A DNA stretch of 64,000 bases from Lingula anatina. Taxonomy: Eukaryota; Animalia; Brachiopoda. This document shows, piece after piece, positions 13,453-26,399 of the stretch (the first letter of the stretch is position 1; every line of letters begins with the position of its first letter). Location of the stretch: the NCBI GenBank assembly GCA_051362555.1, contig CM120644.1:2364954-2428953 (forward strand). Direction: 5' to 3'. A model generated the notes under the pieces. That model worked only from the letters and a program-made list of their open reading frames with translations. It searched no databases and was not told where the DNA came from. The position numbers and the translations under genes were made by a program.

Positions 13453-15576
13453 TTACATGATGCGGTAAATGAAAATGATGCCAATGTGATCGCAAAAATA
13501 GTCTTCGACTTTCTTTATTTCCACTTTCTTCCACAGCCCGTTGTCTTCGTGAATCTTCAGCCAGTCGCCCCAACTTTTGCCGTCATACCCACAGTCTGGG
13601 ATGTGTATCTCTCTCGTTGCTATGACAACATAGCCGCCTGTAAAGATAATTTATTCATCATGATTAAAGATAATTTATTCACCATGATTACAGCTGAATA
13701 CAGTTGATGTATATATCATGGGTTTTGTTATCATTGTAATAATATAGATAGAGGGACGAATAACTTGCATATTTTATTCAAACATCATTGTGATGCATAT
13801 GACAATAGTAACAGTTCGACCGTCAAATACATTCCCCTTGCTCAAAGTCGTACATGTAGCACAAGTGCAAAAAAAAATGATATATGTAGCTTTTAAACGC
13901 ATGCCCTCACACTTACACAGATCGAGTCATGAACACACACACACACGCACACACACATTCACAAGAACACACCAGATTTTGTGATCCTGATCAGTTCTGG
14001 AAGGCAACTAGCATTGGCATTGCCCGCCGCCATAGCTCCAACGCACACCGCACAGTCGTAATAGCCTGTAAAAATAAAGATATATAGATATCAAAAACAT
14101 ACATAAGTCTAAAGTCTAAAAATGTTAAATGTTAATTTTTTTTTAAGTTAAATAACAAAAACTTATAGAACTAATGAGCTTACATATCGCCTGTTTCTTT
14201 CAACTCACTCTTTCCACTTCATTCCGATACGAGACACTTATTCCGTTTATCATTGGATCCGCCGATTATAGTATGCGACACAAACAAAATGTCACTGTAT
14301 ACAGGTGATAGGCAGCCAAGGGTGAAGTCTGTGGGTTTGCCAATATGGAGGTGTTAAAACTATCAAATGTCCATCCATGGCCCTTTCAAACGGGCATAGC
14401 TTATTTTGACTGACGACCGCCATATTACTATATCCATTGACATAAAGCCATGTTTCAAGAAGCAAACTATAAAACACATTTTGAATCACCTGAATCAACA
14501 TCCAATCTGTTTGGTCCTAACAAATCACAGATAGTCCTGTTGTAAACTCCCCTCTGATTGGCTATGTCTAACATCGCTTGGCAACCATCCAAAGCCTCCA
14601 GGTTTGTAAATCCAAGGTTTTGAAGCTGTAAATGAATCGAAGACGTCATGAGGATAACTAGAGTCTTAAAATATTACCATCAAAACTGAAATTTCAAAAA
14701 CAAATTGGACATAATATTATGACTTCCTCCTCCAAAGAGCAAACAGCAATTATTTTTATTTGGATTCTAATCCTCGTCAAAAACGACGTCACAACTACTC
14801 GCAACATGATCCGGTTCTCAAAACATAAACTAACTGAGAGATGATGCAAGACCGACGCCTTTTTCCTGACTTGAGTAAAGCACTCAATATGGCCGCTGGG
14901 GAAATGTGGTCTTTGCACGAGCAGTGCTTCAAAGCTGGAAGAGATTAAGAAGCACACATACATGTATATACATAAAGAGAGAGACTTTGTACGACAGTAC
15001 CTCTTTCCCTCCTACCCCAGTGCCTGCTCCTGCGTCCAATATCAAAACATCTTTGTTGACGCCAAACAATAGGCCCACTGTTCGGGCAACAACACCTGGT
15101 CCTTTGCTCGGGAAGTGCTGTAAATAATCGATTTAGAGGTTTGTTTCTTCGCTTAGCTTTATATGTATAATTAATGCTGTATCATTCCGTGGCATTGTGA
15201 CATTGGAGGACGGGAGCAACATACATAAACCAAATCTCTTGATCTATTATACTTCATAACTGCAAATAAAATATGTTCACTTTTACAAAATTTGAGAAAC
15301 GATACACCAAGGATGCATGCATGTTTGCCTTTTGTGCGTATATCATTTTTTAACAGATTTTTTCTTTTCGATATTGTTAACCAGTTACTTTTAATACAAG
15401 AGATAAGTTAACCTCCATTTGTAACCAATGAGAGTTATTGACATATTCACCCCGTGATCTGTATCATAGGTAGGCGCCCATTGGCTGTAGGCCTTTATGG
15501 TATCATCTACCGTGTTGGTCGCCCTATTCGCACGCTCGGCCCTTGCCAACATTTCTTCCATACTTGAAGCTGACAT
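13453..15576 (-). CDS. METTL27: METTL27/WBSCR27-like class I SAM-dependent methyltransferase, copy A, 5 exons, 218 aa, intact
   Basis: GT-AG exons 15451-15576 (MSASSMEE…YSQWAPTYDTDHG), 15001-15117 (…DVLILDAGAGTGVGGKE, SAM motif I), 14490-14625 (LQNLGFTNLEALDGCQAMLDIA…), 13973-14065 (YYDCAVCVGAMAAG…LPELIRITKSG), 13453-13637 (GYVVIATRE…GIIFIYRIM*). Total 657 nt with consistent phases. Confidence 0.9.
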
Positions 15577-16289
15577 CTTGATAAACACTGGAATGAGCAT
15601 ATTACGAATTGCTTAATAGACGTATCGCACATACGCATCTCAACGCACAGTGCAGTATCTAAAATATGATTCCTGTAGATGTTCACGTGAGTCACTAAAA
15701 TCCAGTTGCTAATTTTTAAAAACAATTATTTACATTAAAATTATCGAATGTTACCTAGAGATATCGGGCTTACATAATCATTCGCTATGTTCATGCAGTG
15801 ACCTGTTTCTCAACCTTACATCTTAAGACCAAATATTGACCGAACTCTATTGCAAACGGTCATTAACTCAGGCGAGTGCGTAAGTTCAGTTTTCATAGAT
15901 TCATAGATAGCGTAACTCAGGGGCAGATTATTCACTTTATTGGGTTTATCCTCATAGCTCCTATTGATGCACACCTTTCAAGACAGTGAACCATACAATA
16001 AAATACATCATATGCTACAGTGGCAAACCAGAGTTCGTCTTTGTCCTATAGAATACTATATGGGACACGCTTTTAACAATACAACGAACTAATAACAGTA
16101 ACAAGATAACTTGACTGCCAAGTGTGCTTAAAACTTAGTTGCACACCTACTCTACCTCTCTCTCTTTCTTTCTCTCAGGCACACATGCACACACATACGT
16201 CACACGGATTATTAAAAAATGAACGAATTAACACAAATAAATGCTTGAGATTATGCCCATGGTATAAATGTCCTTTCTGCGTCTATTGT

Positions 16290-17040
16290 GGGATAAAAGA
16301 TGTGGTCCAGACGCTCAACGGTCGCTCAACGGTCGCCAATTAAATCGTGTTTCAGTGTAAAGGAGTCTTTTTTGCGTCCTTTGAACGACTGAATCTTGAT
16401 TTTACCCGTAAAACTGCTAGCGACCTGTGCATCCATTGAGCGACCTGTGCGTCCGCTGAGCGACTTGCCTGCCTCCCCTTTGCGTCCCCTGTGCAACCCA
16501 ATGCGCCCATCGCGATGAATGAGCGACCATTGAATATCCCCGTTGCGTTCTCTGTTCCCTCATCGGCGATCAGTGGCAACCATTTTGCCTCCTTCTAGAC
16601 CGGTTAGCGTTCTTTTGGAGTCCCTCGTTATATTCTGACTCTTTTATATTTTTATATCAGTTCTAACCCGGTCACCCAGGTCACCCAATTAAGAAAATCT
16701 TCAGAAAACGAAACATATAATTAGTAATAAACTTATTTTTCAAACTTCAGTGATGAAAGGTCAGCATGACCTGATAATAAGCCAGATTATCATTGTTGTG
16801 CTTATAAGACGGATGGACAGGCACCCAAGACGAGAAAGGTTGACTGAAAAACAGAATTTTAATCCGTTTTCAAAGGACGCATTCTGCAAAAACTGCGACA
16901 AGAACTTCATCGTCAAAAGAAGCCAAATGTCATCGGCGATGCTTGAACGTTCTTTGAGCGTCCAACGGCCACCTGGACAGTTTCACGATCGCACAAAGGA
17001 CGCAGAAAGGACACCGCCCAGTCTAAAGGAGGTTTAAGTG
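16290..17040. mobile_element. Degenerate non-autonomous DNA transposon, PIF/Harbinger-like
   Basis: GC-richer island with repeated GGTCGC/GCGACC/AAGGACGC subterminal motifs, ending CAGTCTAAAGGAGGT-TTAA; matching left TIR not found. Confidence 0.35.
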
Positions 17041-18636
17041 CCAGAGTGCTGTACATGATCATGAGTTTGGCGTGGAAAACTTCAAATCAGTTTACCATCA
17101 GCAGTATGGACATATTATACGGTTATTCACATAAATTCCATGTCGAGTGCGTGTAGTTATCGCGAATTTGGACCAAAAATGCACATCTCAAAACTATATG
17201 TTACTTACAGTTAACCTGCGTTCTCCTATCTCGTGATGAGCGTGTCTCCTCCACCAGGGCAGCGACCAATCTAGCGTATCACTATTTCTCATTTGAGCTG
17301 AGCAAGAATGCATACGAAGCATGACAATTCGACATTAACTAATGATGATTACAATTCAGAATATATTTAAGGGAGTGGATTAAAGGGGATGCGCAGCGTT
17401 CCATTAAATGACATTTGCCATCAGTAAAACAGCTAGGCCGTTTTGTTCTGCTTTGAAGCAGACTCAATATCACCTTCTGCTGATTTTTTTTTTTTTTTTT
17501 TTTTTTTTTATTATTTTTTTTTTTTTTGGGGGGGGTTATCAAAAATTAATTACAAGTCTCAAAGTGAAGACCAGCGTTCGACTTCAATAGGATTTTTGAA
17601 GATTATTCCCTGGCTCAGTGCGCAAAATAAGACATGATTGCCGCCCACAGTCTATTTATATATATATGTCCACTCCTTAATTACAGAGCATGCCGATATA
17701 TATGTGTAATGTATTTCTATCACGACACCCGGGGCCATCATTACTAAATGCGAAAAGAATGCGAATTAGCTGTTTATATCAACATTTATTATCCACTCTA
17801 TCTTCATGTACTACATGTGCTGCAGTACCAATATTACAACTTTGAAATCATGTAACATTTTTGTGTCAAGTATATACAGGTAATAGGTCAATTTAACTTG
17901 ATGCATTTTACACAGCAGTGCATTGAGGCTTTGCACTTGTGACATTGCATACTCATACCCAAAGTAGAAAAATAAGGCGAACGCTAACAAACCAGCGACA
18001 TTGTCTACTCTTTGTGACCTACTGCGTCCACTGCGATTACAGACGATGCAGGCGGCCCTTGAGCGATGTTTGAGCAACCGTAACATATTCCAGTAGGTCG
18101 TCCATATATGACCCTCGGACTAGTTACTCCACTGTACTGAATGCGGCCTTAATGTAGCGGAAGTTTTCGATCTTGCCCATGGTATCAATTAAAGGAGTTA
18201 AGATCACCGCCGTTGCTGTTGCTGAACCTGCGGCACACCTTTGGATGGGATTGTGTGTAACGATATGACTTTAGCTAAAAAGTGTAAACGGAATATATTT
18301 TGCTTCCCCGCAACTTTGAGGTCAAATCATACAATCTCTTAAGGAACTCTTTGCCTAACCTGTGCAAAATTGTATCCAATATGGCAGTCCGACAAGATCA
18401 CCATGCATTTGATCTTCAACATTTATTTTAAAGTCCTTTATTACAAATTGGGAGTTCAATAGAATTCTCATCAAAGGTAAAGAAACTCGCGCTGTGGCAA
18501 ACTTATGTTTTGAATCATGTATCGTGGTCTGTAATAGTAACAGTAACCAGAAGAGTACCGTGTCTTATGTCCTCTTGGCTGAACATAAACGTATTTATGA
18601 CGGTCTGCAAGGTCATAATTATCTATGTAGCAAATC

Positions 18637-18772
18637 AGAATAGATGGCCCGAGTACTAACTGAACCACTTCAAAAGCGATGATAGTCTCTCCGCCTCCAC
18701 ACGCGCCATCGCTGCAGGGGCCTAGCAAATATTAAACCTCGGAGCCGAGATTTAATCCGTTTAATGGCGCGT
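18637..18772. mobile_element. Truncated copy of the hairpin cassette at 32824-33088
   Basis: Near-identical core (acacgcgcc.tcgctgcaggggcctagca…aaacctcggagccg…tttaatccgtttaatggcgcgtgt); similarity stops abruptly at ~18773. Confidence 0.7.
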
Positions 18773-20285
18773 GTTAGAAAAGGTATCTTCGCGGCGGAAT
18801 TACCTGCCAAATCTGTTTTTTTTTTTTTTTTTTTTTCAAAATTCACATCGTCGCAATTGCTTGAATGGAAAACCCGCAAGCTTTAAAACATTTGAGCATT
18901 TTTTAGATAATTCGCTCTTCTTAGGTGCTTGCTAAACCTAAATCCGTCCCATTCTACTCTTTACAGTCATAGCCGATACCAAATTAAATTTCAGCTCAAA
19001 ACAAAGACACAGTACAAAAAAAAATCTATCTAGGAACGATATCCGTGTCCGCTTCTCAAATAAGGCCTTGTGAACACCGTGAACTTCAACTTCCAAAAAT
19101 AAGACAATGTTCGGGGAATGGCGTTGTGCAGGAAGAATTACAGTTGTACGGCTCAAGTGCAACCGATCGTAATTGCAGACATACATGTGCATCCAAACTA
19201 GCCCGGCCCTATACGTGACAAAGTAGAAAGTTTGCATTTGATCTAGTGCTTATAACGAAGCCTCCCTGGCTGCGTGGTCAATACGCTCATCGAGATACAA
19301 CAAAACTCTCCTTCGTGGGTTCGAATTCCACAACGTCCACAGATACTTTTGCTAATAGAAATCATTTCAAATTTTTTGTTTGATTACTATAAGTGGAATC
19401 ACGTGACCACGGAAGGTGGGAGGGGCACTCATGGCGCAATCGGTAGAGTGCATGGCTGCTAAAACATTTAAACCCATCATCTACCATGGTAACGGGTGTC
19501 ACGAGGGCAGTCACGAGTTCGAGTCCCAGATGAGGCGTGTCCATCTACACACAGCTACGAGCTGGCTCCGGGATCGTGAAGGCGCGTAAACGAATGCAGG
19601 CTCATCCGGGTCTGGTCCCAGATGAGGCATGTCACCTGGCCACACCTACGAGCTGGTCCCGGGATCGGGAAGGCACGAAAACGAATGCAGGCCCTCCTGG
19701 GTCCGGGCAAATTACCTTTTGCATAAAAAATCCGGTATAGTTTAGCAGAACTGATCCATTGGACAACGATCTATTGCTGGTGGTTACCATAAAGTCAACG
19801 TCAACAATTTTCTTTAATGATGCTTAGGCGGGGATGGGCACTGATCTCTATCCTTTACCAGCTACACAACAGATCAAACTTGAACTGAATCTATAGAATT
19901 ATCGGCAAGACACCTTGCATGTCATGCTGCCCTTCATCTGAGATTGCAGTCTTCTCGGTGGGGGTATAAAGAAGATGTTTTTTTTTTTTCTTTATTTATT
20001 TCAAATCTCATGTCGCCGCTATTACTATACCCAATCCTGCATTTTGTTTTTTATACCCTCCCTTCCTTTCTGGTCTGCTTATCAAGACTGTTCATATGGT
20101 CATACATTTCCCGGGGCAAGTCCACAGTGGACATTGGAAATGGCAAAGACTACTCAGAAATAAAACCGGCAAAGTGAGAAACGCCTTGGCACTCATCGTG
20201 CTCTATAACGCCAAGGATGAGGTCAAACGTTGTCTCATTGTAAACCAATATGAAAATAAAAGCATCTGAAGTCATCTGAAGTCAT
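18773..20285 (+). repeat. Repeated block X, copy 1; other copies at 20379-20799 + 27951-28550 and ~50560-50650 + 52821-53950
   Basis: 18773-19208 is nearly identical to 20379-20799 (paired ORFs 18938..19237 and 20532..20807); 19680-20270 is alignable with 27960-28550 and 53320-53950. Confidence 0.85.
19260..19540 (+). other. Two degenerate tRNA-derived Pol III A/B-box units (SINE head or tRNA pseudogenes)
   Basis: Unit 1: TGGCTGCGTGG…GGGTTCGAATTCCAC (19267-19331). Unit 2: TGGCGCAATCGGTAGAG…GAGTTCGAGTCCCAG (19432-19529). Homologous boxes recur at ~53030 and 53175-53270. No intact cloverleaf. Confidence 0.45.
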
Positions 20286-23232
20286 CTGATTAGGATCGTT
20301 CCTGGAAGTCTTCTCAATAAAAGACACCAAACTTGAAATAGATCTAGTAGCTTTCCTGCTACTGCACAACGTTTACCAGTTAGAAAAGGTATCTTCACGG
20401 CGGAATTACCTGCCAAATCTGTTTTTTTTTTCAAAATTCACATCGTCGCAATTGCTTGAATGGAAAACCCGCCAGCTTTAAAACATTTGAGCTTTTTTTA
20501 ATAATTCGCTCTTCTTAGGTGCTTGCTAAAACTAAATCCGTCCCATTCTACTCTTTACAGTCATAGCCGATACCAAATTAAATTTCAGCTCAAAACAAAG
20601 ACACAGTGCAAAAAAAAAAAATCTATCTAGGAACGATATCCGTGTCTGCTTCTCAGACAAAGCCTTGTGAACATCTTGAACTTCAACTTCCAAAAATAAG
20701 ACAATGTTCGGGGACTGGCGTTGTGCAGCAAGAATTACAGTTGTACGGCTCAAGTACATCCGATCGTTATTGCAGACATGTGCATCCAAACTAGCCCGGT
20801 GTACCATGAAAATCTGACTCCCTTAAAATGTGACTCCCCAGTCAGATTTTCATAATGAAAATGTGACTCCCCCTATGAAATTTTGACTCCCCCCCAAAAA
20901 AAAACATTCACAAATCTCATTTAATTTGACTAAATGACTATGATCTTGTTGTATGCATAATGGAGGACACATTGGCACTTTTTGTTAGTTTGCAGGTGAA
21001 AATTTTCATGAAAAAATAAAAAAATTAAAGATTTGTATTTTACCACCCAAGACTCCCCTATGAAAAAGCTATTTATTTGACAACTGATGACCATTTCAAC
21101 ATCTTTTCTGTGAGGATACTTTATGAGGAATATATTGAAAGTACTTGAAAGTTTGATGGTTAAAAAATTGGGTGAAAAAAAACACATTAAAATTAAGAAA
21201 AATTAAAGATTTATATTCTAACAACCAATGACTCCCCTATGAAAAAGCTATCTATTTGATATTTGATGATCATTCTGACATCTTTTCTTTAAGGGTACTT
21301 TATGAAGAATATATATTGGAAATATTTGAAAGTTTGAATGGTAAAATGCTGGGTATGCTATATAAGAATTCATTAAAAAGGCGATGGGGCCAATTTCTTG
21401 AGTTAAAAATGTAGCGTTTTGACATGGAAGTGCAAAACCTACAGGTAGTAAGATGAATACTTGTTTTAAAGATATTCACCAAAATTTTCACCACCAAACT
21501 TTCAAATAATAACAAAATGTACATCTCTGTGCAAACTATGTGGAAAACAATGGTATGGTGACTGAATATAAAAAAAGGTCTTTTTCTTCATGGGAGTCCA
21601 AATCTCATGAGTATAAAAATGAAGATTTTCATGATTTCTTTTTCATTCTTTCACTCACTATTTTATCATCAAACTTTTAATATTTCCAATATATTTTTCA
21701 TAAAGTGTCCTAGGCTAAAAGGATAGGTGTTCAAATGATCATCAAATATTAAATAGATAGCTTTTTCATAGGGAGTTATTGGATGATAAAATGCACGTTT
21801 TTAATTTTCTTATTTTTCATGTTTTTTATAATTTGTTTTGTTTTTTCACCCAATATTTTACCATCAAACTTTCAAATATATCCAATAAAATCTTCATAAA
21901 GTAAAAGTTAAGGAAAGGTGTTGAAATGATCATCAAATATTTAATAGATAGCTTTTTCATAGGGGAGTTATTGGGTGATAAAATGCACATTTTTAATTTT
22001 CTATTTTTCTTGTTTATTTAGTTTTTTCACCCAATAGTTTACCATCAAACTCAAATATTTCCAACATAATCTTCATAAAGTTAATTTAAAGGAAAGATGT
22101 AGAAATGATCATCCAATATCATATATAAATAGCTTTTCATAGGGGAGATAGTCCATGAGCCAAAGGCCAAAAAATCCAATTTGGCTGCACCCCCCGTCAG
22201 GCAAAGGTTTTATGATTGATTCTTGTAGTTTAGAACCTGAATTTTTCATTTCTGCTTGTTTCCGGCTCGAAAAAGTGTCAGTTTGTACCGGAAACAGACC
22301 AAATCCAAGATGGCCGCCAGTAAATTCATGTGTCAACTGTAAATACAAAAATTGATTTAAAAGTTACTTAACAACTTAATATTATCAAAATTTGCACTGA
22401 TCACAAGTACTTTGGCCTTCTTTGATTTTTCAGGCACTTTACATTTTTCAAGATGGCGACTGAATCCAAGATGGCGGCCATTTTCCTTACTTTTTGTGAA
22501 AAAATACAAATACCTAAATTTGAATTTTTTTTTTATTAACCAAAAATTAGGAATATTTTACATGTTTTGATGTATTTGAATAAGTTGAAGTCTATATTTT
22601 TAATTTTTACCAGTTAATTTATCACAAAATTGTACATTTGAACACAGATGGCTCTAATCCAAGATGGCCACCACATAAAATGGGCTTTTTGTTTTGATAT
22701 GTCAACAAGCCTTTCTCAGTATAAAACATCTCAGACTACTTAATGGAGGATTTATTGCACAGGTCATGGTATGAAATGTACGACTGAATAATTTAAATTG
22801 TTTTGAGATTTTGTTCAGGGTATAAAAATCCAAAATGGCCGCCAATTTCTGGATCCAAAACATACATTATTTTGATTTGCATGTTGAAAAACATCAAATT
22901 GAATAATTAGTTAATTAAAGATATTTATTTTTTGATAAATTTATCTGTATTGCAATCTCATTTTGCTTCTTGGACACTTCATTCTGTCAAAAAGTGATTA
23001 TTTTTGCTTCATTTATCATGATTCCAAGTTGGCCATTGTTGAAAATGAACTGCAACTACCTGTGTGGACAATACCACGTTGAGAGCCTTACTAAATTGCG
23101 TACACAGTATTTCTGTACTCTTTTGAACTCATTTTTAAATTACTTTTTATCCTAAATAACTTTTTCTTTGAATTATTTCAAAGAAACTTTCTAAGATTTT
23201 TACATTGCAATTAATATTCAAGATGGCTGCTA

Positions 23233-23455
23233 TTCATCATTTCATCATCATCATTTAGAGCCTATAGTGTTCCACTGTTGGACAAAGGCCTCAGCATGCT
23301 TTTTCCATTGTTTCCTATCCTGAGCCTCAGATTTCCAGTTTGGCCAAGGTTTCTTCTTCCAAGACTTCCAGTAGTCATCTAATTCATCCCTCCATTGTTT
23401 GACCGGCCTTCCTCTTTTTCTTTGTCCATACCTTGGGGTCCATTCTATTACGTAC
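23233..23455 (-). mobile_element. 3' fragment of an RTE-clade LINE inside the Academ element
   Basis: WTPRYGQRKRGRPVKQWRDEL…W…AQDRKQWKKHAEAFVQQW* is the typical RTE ORF C-terminus, followed by a (TGA)n tail. Confidence 0.8.
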
Positions 23456-25536
23456 ATTAAATATGCTTACCTATCTGATTCATTACTAATAATATATATA
23501 GAGAGAGAAATTAAAGAAACATTTTTTAAAACCACTGTGACGTATATCTTTCATGTATCTTTAACATCCAGGCCTTTCTTGCTACTTTGACCATTCATAT
23601 TTCCTTAAATTCATCATATTTTACTTGATTGCCATAAATCAATGACGGCTACCAATGAAAAAGAGTTGATTATAGTGAGTTGATTATGAACGAAAGATTT
23701 ATGTCTTTCTAGATTTCAAATTGAATGTCTTTTTCATGCAATAATTCATCTACAGTATTGTTTAATTCAGTTCCAATTTTTGGAAGGCTACAGAATTGAA
23801 CAAATGATCCCTTCTGGTTTTATGCCCTTCAATTCTCTGTACATAATGAGAAAAAAATCAAACTGCATTGAAAATGAATACAGAAGGCGTAATGTACATG
23901 TTTTTGATAAAACTGTATATATTGCAGACTCCTTTTTCCTATTTTGGTATGATTTCGCAGCTTTCACTATTTAAAATATTTTAAATGTTTCAAATATGAC
24001 AGGATATCCAAGATGGCAACCATACTACTATTAACTGTGAATTCTTACCATAAGCTATTCATGTAAATAAAAAAGTAAAAATAATCGAAATCAAATGTTT
24101 ATTCTAAAAAGTTATACATTTAATTAATTTGATTGAATTCCAGTCTCCTTTTGCTAGTAAGTAATGGCCAAAAACATCAATAAAGTCAAGATGGGGTGCC
24201 ACTGCAAATGATTTTCAAATAATGGGGCTGGGACAATCATTACGTCAAATATTTCTTGAATACATAATTTTAAAAAGTTAAGGCTTTATTAAGAAGTTTA
24301 ATTTTTTTATATTTTAAACCAGTTTCATGTCTACAATATTCAATATGGTCACCACTCAAGTTAAGAGTCTTATGCAGCAATGAATGTCTCAATTTGGTAT
24401 CCATAGTCTTCTAACGTCGGATTCTCTCATGGCTCATCTTTTCCATGTTTTATAAGCAAGTTCTGTTTTAGAATCTACAAGCAAGGGAGGTGTTACAGGG
24501 TTTATGTCAGTATTTCATGGTGATTTTGCTTCAAAGTCTGTTCATTTTGCTGTAGCGAGTTGTTGACCTCTTTTAGTCTTTCTTTGAGAGACAATTAGAT
24601 TTATTTTACTTTGCTCTAGATAATGTTTACTCCTTTGCCAGTGTGTCACTGTGTGGAATTAAACAAGCTGCTTTTGCAAGTTTCAGTCCTTCAGTCTCAA
24701 CCATGGTCTTCCTCTGAGATTGCTACCCAAAACCAATTGGTCAAATAGTACAGGTGACAGCTGTTTTGGGATTTTGCTATGCAACATTCATCTAGTTCAC
24801 ATGTCCAAGTCAACTTAGTCTTCTTTAGCACAGAAATGCCTGTTTAAAACTTCTGTAATAGTTACTCTGGCTTGCCTGATGATGCCAAAGGTTGTGTGCA
24901 AACACCTTTGTTTTAAGAGAGTGAGCCTCTTGCCTTGTGTTCAGGTCTCTGATCCATATACACACATGTATGCGGGAGCTTAGTATGCATGCTTTATCAC
25001 CTCTTCCGGGAAGGTCACATTTTCACCTTCGCTTGTCCATTTGTTATGGTTTCTCATATTGTTATCAGCCTAACTCAAAAATTTCAGGATAGACTTAAAT
25101 GAAGTGTTCAGGATAGGTCATTTTTTAGGCTAAAAGTAAGTAGATTTTGGTGGTGATCTATTTGATAATTAGTTTATTAAGAAAGTTTGTTTTAGTCTGT
25201 GTTTCTCCAATGTTTGGATCTCCAAATATTTTTCTCTCAACAGAATAATGTTGGATTTTAAAAGAATTCATGGAACATATTGAGCAGTACCTATCCGTGA
25301 AGTGCAAGAATTACCTGCACCTATATATACATTGTATCATAAACATCATTTGTCATGTTGTGCTTGAACTCCTTCATCGTCACTTACATGTGCCATACAT
25401 CATTCACCATCAATGTACTTCACTTTGCAGCACCACTTCATGAGTTTCCTGAATGTATTATTATCCAGCACTGTTCTCTAAAGAGACAAAAGATGTTCTT
25501 GGAGATCCAGACATTTTCTTGCAACTTCTTTGCTGG

Positions 25537-25772
25537 TCTTACACCCAATTTCCATAGATTTTTAGATCGATCTATCCCTGTGGGGAGTCTCACTAGATTA
25601 CTGTCAGCTTGGCCGGCTTAAGCGTCTGTCCCGCCTACTAAAAGCTGTAAGGGGGTAATTAACTATGGTGCCCGCTTGGCTGACTGCAATTTAGCATGAA
25701 CCCCCAGGGAGTTAGGTCGATCTAAATCTTAATCTCTAGATTGATCTAAATCTCTGGGAAAGCACCCTTAGT
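25537..25772. mobile_element. Hairpin cassette inside the Academ element; near-identical to 44902-45134 in opposite orientation
   Basis: cttacacccaatttccatagatttttagatcgatcta … aaatctctgggaaagcacccttag matches the reverse complement of 44902-45134 over its full length. Confidence 0.8.
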
Positions 25773-26307
25773 TTATGATAGTGATTGCTTCCCGGATTTA
25801 TACATGTAGAATAATGCTACAGCTGCATGTTATCCATCCCTTTTTTTCAGATAAATTAAAGATTTTACCTTTTGGTTGCTTGAGATTAGGATAATTCTGA
25901 TTCTTCTTTACGATCAACACCTAGCAGAATGTGAGAAATCTTATCACTACTACTAGTAAGTCCCTTTTTTGACTGAGATCCTGGCTCTTTCGTCAAGCTT
26001 GACAGGGAACTTCCAACAAGCACTGTACCAGTAACCCAAGTCCATTTGAAATGTAACAATAGAAGTGCTATCATATGAAAATTAAATTTTACAGCCCACC
26101 CCCCATATAACAAACTATTGATCCTTAAGTTGTAAATGATGTACGTCAATCTTGTTAGGGCATTTTGGGCATACATTTTGTCTGCAATATTGAAAATTGT
26201 CATATAGTTGCTGCTGAAAAAAATTGCTGTCCCTTGTGTGTTATGCATCAATTTCTGTTCAAGAAAACGGCAAAGCATTTGAGATTCACTCAACCTTATT
26301 AAGCACA

Positions 26308-26310
<3 letters not shown>

Positions 26311-26394
<84 letters not shown>
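26311..26394. repeat. (AT)n microsatellite
   Basis: Direct observation. Confidence 0.95.

Positions 26395-26399
<5 letters not shown>

Noticed and set aside
19260-19340. Functional tRNA gene
   Set aside because: A and B boxes are present but acceptor and anticodon stems do not pair.
19524-19706. Possible hammerhead or HDV-like ribozyme (CAGATGAG…GAAA; CGAATG)
   Set aside because: Core reads CAGATGA rather than CTGATGA, and I could not build the required stems.
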